Positions 15,939 through 18,229 of a stretch of DNA of 18,229 nucleotides are shown here, one piece after another. The position numbers and the translations under genes were made by a program. The notes under the pieces were generated by a model. The model saw only the letters and a program-made list of their open reading frames with translations, did no database searches and was not told the origin of the DNA. The DNA comes from Pseudomonadota bacterium (lineage in GTDB: Bacteria > Bdellovibrionota_G > JALEGL01 > DATDPG01). The stretch covers positions 1 through 18,229 of the forward strand of contig JAZDIZ010000123.1 in the NCBI GenBank assembly GCA_043804515.1. Direction: 5' to 3'. How positions within the stretch are numbered: position 1 is the first letter of the stretch; each line of letters begins with the position of its first letter.

Positions 15939-17299
15939 CGCACTTCCTCCAAAGATGTTCCCGTCACGCGTTCCAGCCCGGCCCGGGCCACCCAATAGTC
16001 GTGTGAAGCCTGAGCGTATGCAGTTCGCGCCCGGTTCAACGCGAAAGTGGCGTCGTTCAACTCCAACTGGCTGGCGTCGCCTTGTTTGTAGCGGATCTCG
16101 GTCGCTTGCACCGCCCTGGTCGCTTGCCCCACGGAAGCCTCCTGTGCACGCGCCCGTTCCCTGGATTCACGCACGTTCAGCCACTGCTGCTTCACCGCAA
16201 CCCGGATCTCCCGCTCGATCTTCGCCTCTTCCTTGCGCGCCCGATCGATATCGATCCGGGCCTGCGCGACGCGTTCCCGGATCTCGCCACCCGTGAAGAG
16301 CCTCCACTCCAATTTCGCGCCCGCGCCGAAATCATAGTTCCGTTCGGCCGGCCCCGGCGAGAAGCCGTCGGACTGTCCCACCCAATTCAGATTCGCAAAC
16401 CCCTTGAGATCCGGAAGGCGGTCCGCCCGGACGATTCTGTAAAAGTCCTCGGCCACCGTCACTTTTTTCTGAGCCACGGACAACGCGGCGTTTTTCGCCA
16501 TAGCCTGCCGGGTCACGTTTTCATAATCCGGCATTTCGACACTCGGGGGTTCCAGTTTACCGACCAGCTTCAGCGGCCGATCCACGTCCAAGAAGAGAAC
16601 CCTCTGGAGGTTCGTGATGGCGAGATCTTCCACGTTCCGCGCCGCGATGGACTGGGTGTCCGCGTTGGCGACTTCGACCTGTTGGCGCAACACGATGAGA
16701 TCGCTGTCCAGACCTTGCCGATAGCGCTCCCGGATCGTCGCCAAGTGTGCTTGAGTCAACGCCTGGTTGTCGTTCTGAATGGATACCGTGGCGTTCGCCA
16801 AAAGGTACGAATAGAAGAGCTCCTTGACGGCGAAAGCCACGTCCTCGCGCGTCCCCCGCAGCACTTCCTTTCCGGCTTCGATCCTTTTCTTGCCCCCGGT
16901 GATCCCCGAGGAGATGCGGCCGCCCGAGAACAGCGGCTGCTCGAAACTCAATCCCGCCGCAAAGCTGTTGTCCGATCCGACGGGGAATTTCTGTTTCGTC
17001 GTCGCTCCCGTGGAATCGGGCAGCGCGAAGAACGCCGCGGGGCGTTTAACGTTCCGTTCATAGCTGGCCGTCGCCTTCAGATCCCCGATCGCCATGCCGA
17101 TCGCCTGTTTGTACTGGCTTCGGAACGTCTGGACGTCCAATTCAGCGAGCGCGACGTCCACATTCCACTCCAGCGCCATAGTGACGGCTTGGGGAAGCGT
17201 CAGGACCAGCGTTTCTTCCTTGGGCCCGTTCTGGGCGAAACTCGGGGACACGAACAGGGCCAAGAGTGCCCCCAGAGAGAATAGGTTCCGAGCTTTCAT
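15935..17299 (-). CDS. TolC-family outer membrane efflux protein, 454 aa
   Basis: Signal peptide, LTLPQAVTMALEWN, and two OEP repeats (QPLFSGG...RYRQGL; WRLFTGG...RYKQGDASQLELNDA). Confidence 0.92.
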   Translation of the reverse strand: MKARNLFSLGALLALFVSPSFAQNGPKEETLVLTLPQAVTMALEWNVDVALAELDVQTFRSQYKQAIGMAIGDLKATASYERNVKRPAAFFALPDSTGATTKQKFPVGSDNSFAAGLSFEQPLFSGGRISSGITGGKKRIEAGKEVLRGTREDVAFAVKELFYSYLLANATVSIQNDNQALTQAHLATIRERYRQGLDSDLIVLRQQVEVANADTQSIAARNVEDLAITNLQRVLFLDVDRPLKLVGKLEPPSVEMPDYENVTRQAMAKNAALSVAQKKVTVAEDFYRIVRADRLPDLKGFANLNWVGQSDGFSPGPAERNYDFGAGAKLEWRLFTGGEIRERVAQARIDIDRARKEEAKIEREIRVAVKQQWLNVRESRERARAQEASVGQATRAVQATEIRYKQGDASQLELNDATFALNRARTAYAQASHDYWVARAGLERVTGTSLEEVR

Positions 17300-17976
17300 C
17301 AGGGCCTCCCCTTTTCGACTCCCCTGCCGCTTCTGAACCGTCTGCGCTCACTGTCCGTCAGAACACCCAGAAAGAAGACGTTCAGAATACGCCGGGATTG
17401 GACTTCAAACCTTTCCCTCCGTCCGGCGAAGTGGTTCGTGAAGATCGTGCCGTACAAAAGATCGCTCAGGACGTTGAACACTTCGTCCACGCGCGTTTTA
17501 CGGATCCGCCCCTGGCGCATCAGGTCGCGGAAGAAGTCTTTCCAAGGCTTCACGTTGGCCTTCTGATGTTGGAAATACGTCGAATGCTTCCGGTCCCGGA
17601 ATTCCGCGCGTTCCTGCATCAGAAGCTCGATGAACTCCGGGTGAAGATCGAAAAACGCGAGATACGACCGCACCCCCTCCCCGAGTTGATCCAGCGGATC
17701 GTCGAACCGCATGGCCCGCTCCTGAACGCTTTGAAGAAGACGCTGCATTCCCCAATCCGCCGCCGCCAGGAAGAGTTCGTGCTTGCTGGGGAAGTAGCGG
17801 TACACGGTTCCTTTCCCGATCCCGAGGGCGTCCGCGACCACCTGAAGGTCCGTCTTGGGAAACCCTTTCCGGGCGAATACCTTGGCCGCCATATCCAGGA
17901 TCTCTTCGCGGCGTCGGGCCAGACGCTCTTCGTTTTTCGGGCGGCCCGGCCCCCGACGGTTCTGCATCACGGACAT
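17299..17976 (-). CDS. TetR/AcrR-family transcriptional regulator, 225 aa
   Basis: HTH RREEILDMAAKVFARKGFPKTDLQVVADALGIGKGTVYRYFPSKHELF. First gene of the efflux operon, with its stop overlapping the tolC start. Confidence 0.93.
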   Translation of the reverse strand: MSVMQNRRGPGRPKNEERLARRREEILDMAAKVFARKGFPKTDLQVVADALGIGKGTVYRYFPSKHELFLAAADWGMQRLLQSVQERAMRFDDPLDQLGEGVRSYLAFFDLHPEFIELLMQERAEFRDRKHSTYFQHQKANVKPWKDFFRDLMRQGRIRKTRVDEVFNVLSDLLYGTIFTNHFAGRRERFEVQSRRILNVFFLGVLTDSERRRFRSGRGVEKGRP

Positions 17977-17984
17977 CGATGTTA

Positions 17985-18013
17985 ATTATATGACGGACGC
18001 GTCCGTCCGTAAA
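17985..18013 (-). promoter_or_regulatory. Sigma70 promoter of the tetR-tolC-MFP-RND operon
   Basis: On the minus strand: TTTACG (18013-18008), 17-bp spacer, perfect TATAAT (17990-17985). Confidence 0.75.
17992..18007. promoter_or_regulatory. Candidate TetR operator, perfect 16-bp palindrome GACGGACGCGTCCGTC
   Basis: Perfect dyad filling the -35/-10 spacer directly upstream of tetR. Confidence 0.75.
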
Positions 18014-18139
18014 GTATTCGGATGACGCGCCGCCCAAGGGTGCGAATTCAGCATGTTTTTCGGGCTTCTAAAAATTCGCCCAACCGTCCCGGGTTTCATA
18101 TATTTACGGTTAGGCGATCGCGCCTGGGGGAGAAACTCC

Positions 18140-18229
18140 ATGATGAAGCAGCTCTTTTCAAGAAAACCGCTCAAAATGCTTTTGGAGGAGGCGAACGGGG
18201 AGAACCGGCTCCGCCGGATTCTGGGTCCC
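18140..18229 (+). CDS. N-terminus of an APC-family amino acid permease (partial, runs off the window)
   Basis: MMKQLFSRKPLKMLLEEANGENRLRRILGP matches the typical 'LF.RKP......E......L.R.LG' start of cationic-amino-acid-transporter-like permeases. GGGAG RBS upstream. Confidence 0.7.
   Translation, partial: MMKQLFSRKPLKMLLEEANGENRLRRILGP

Noticed and set aside
16082..18174. ORFs 16082..17284 (+), 17266..17985 (+), 17498..18037 (-) and 17986..18174 (-)
   Set aside because: Shadows of tolC and tetR, or overlapping the promoter and permease start, with no motifs.

Overview
GC-rich bacterial chromosomal window with no mobile element, CRISPR array or rRNA/tRNA seen. Left to right: (1) a 1418-aa fused double-activase/reductase Fe-S protein with the architecture of PlsA/Ger ether-lipid enzymes; (2) an NmrA-family protein behind a sigma54-type promoter; (3) a convergent exported SRPBCC/START protein; (4) a compact acpS - acetate-type CoA ligase - stand-alone carrier protein - kbl-like operon; (5) an AT-richer, structured intergenic region with a second sigma54-type promoter, then a GLUG-repeat lipoprotein; (6) a minus-strand tetR-tolC-MFP-RND efflux operon with a clear promoter/operator and an adaptor lacking the alpha-helical hairpin; (7) the start of an APC amino-acid permease. 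The most intriguing element is the acpS-acs-ACP-kbl module. It suggests acetyl transfer through a dedicated protein carrier instead of CoA, and it lies next to a candidate ether-lipid reductase and an exported lipid-binding-fold protein. All functional calls come from motif recognition by eye, with no database searches.
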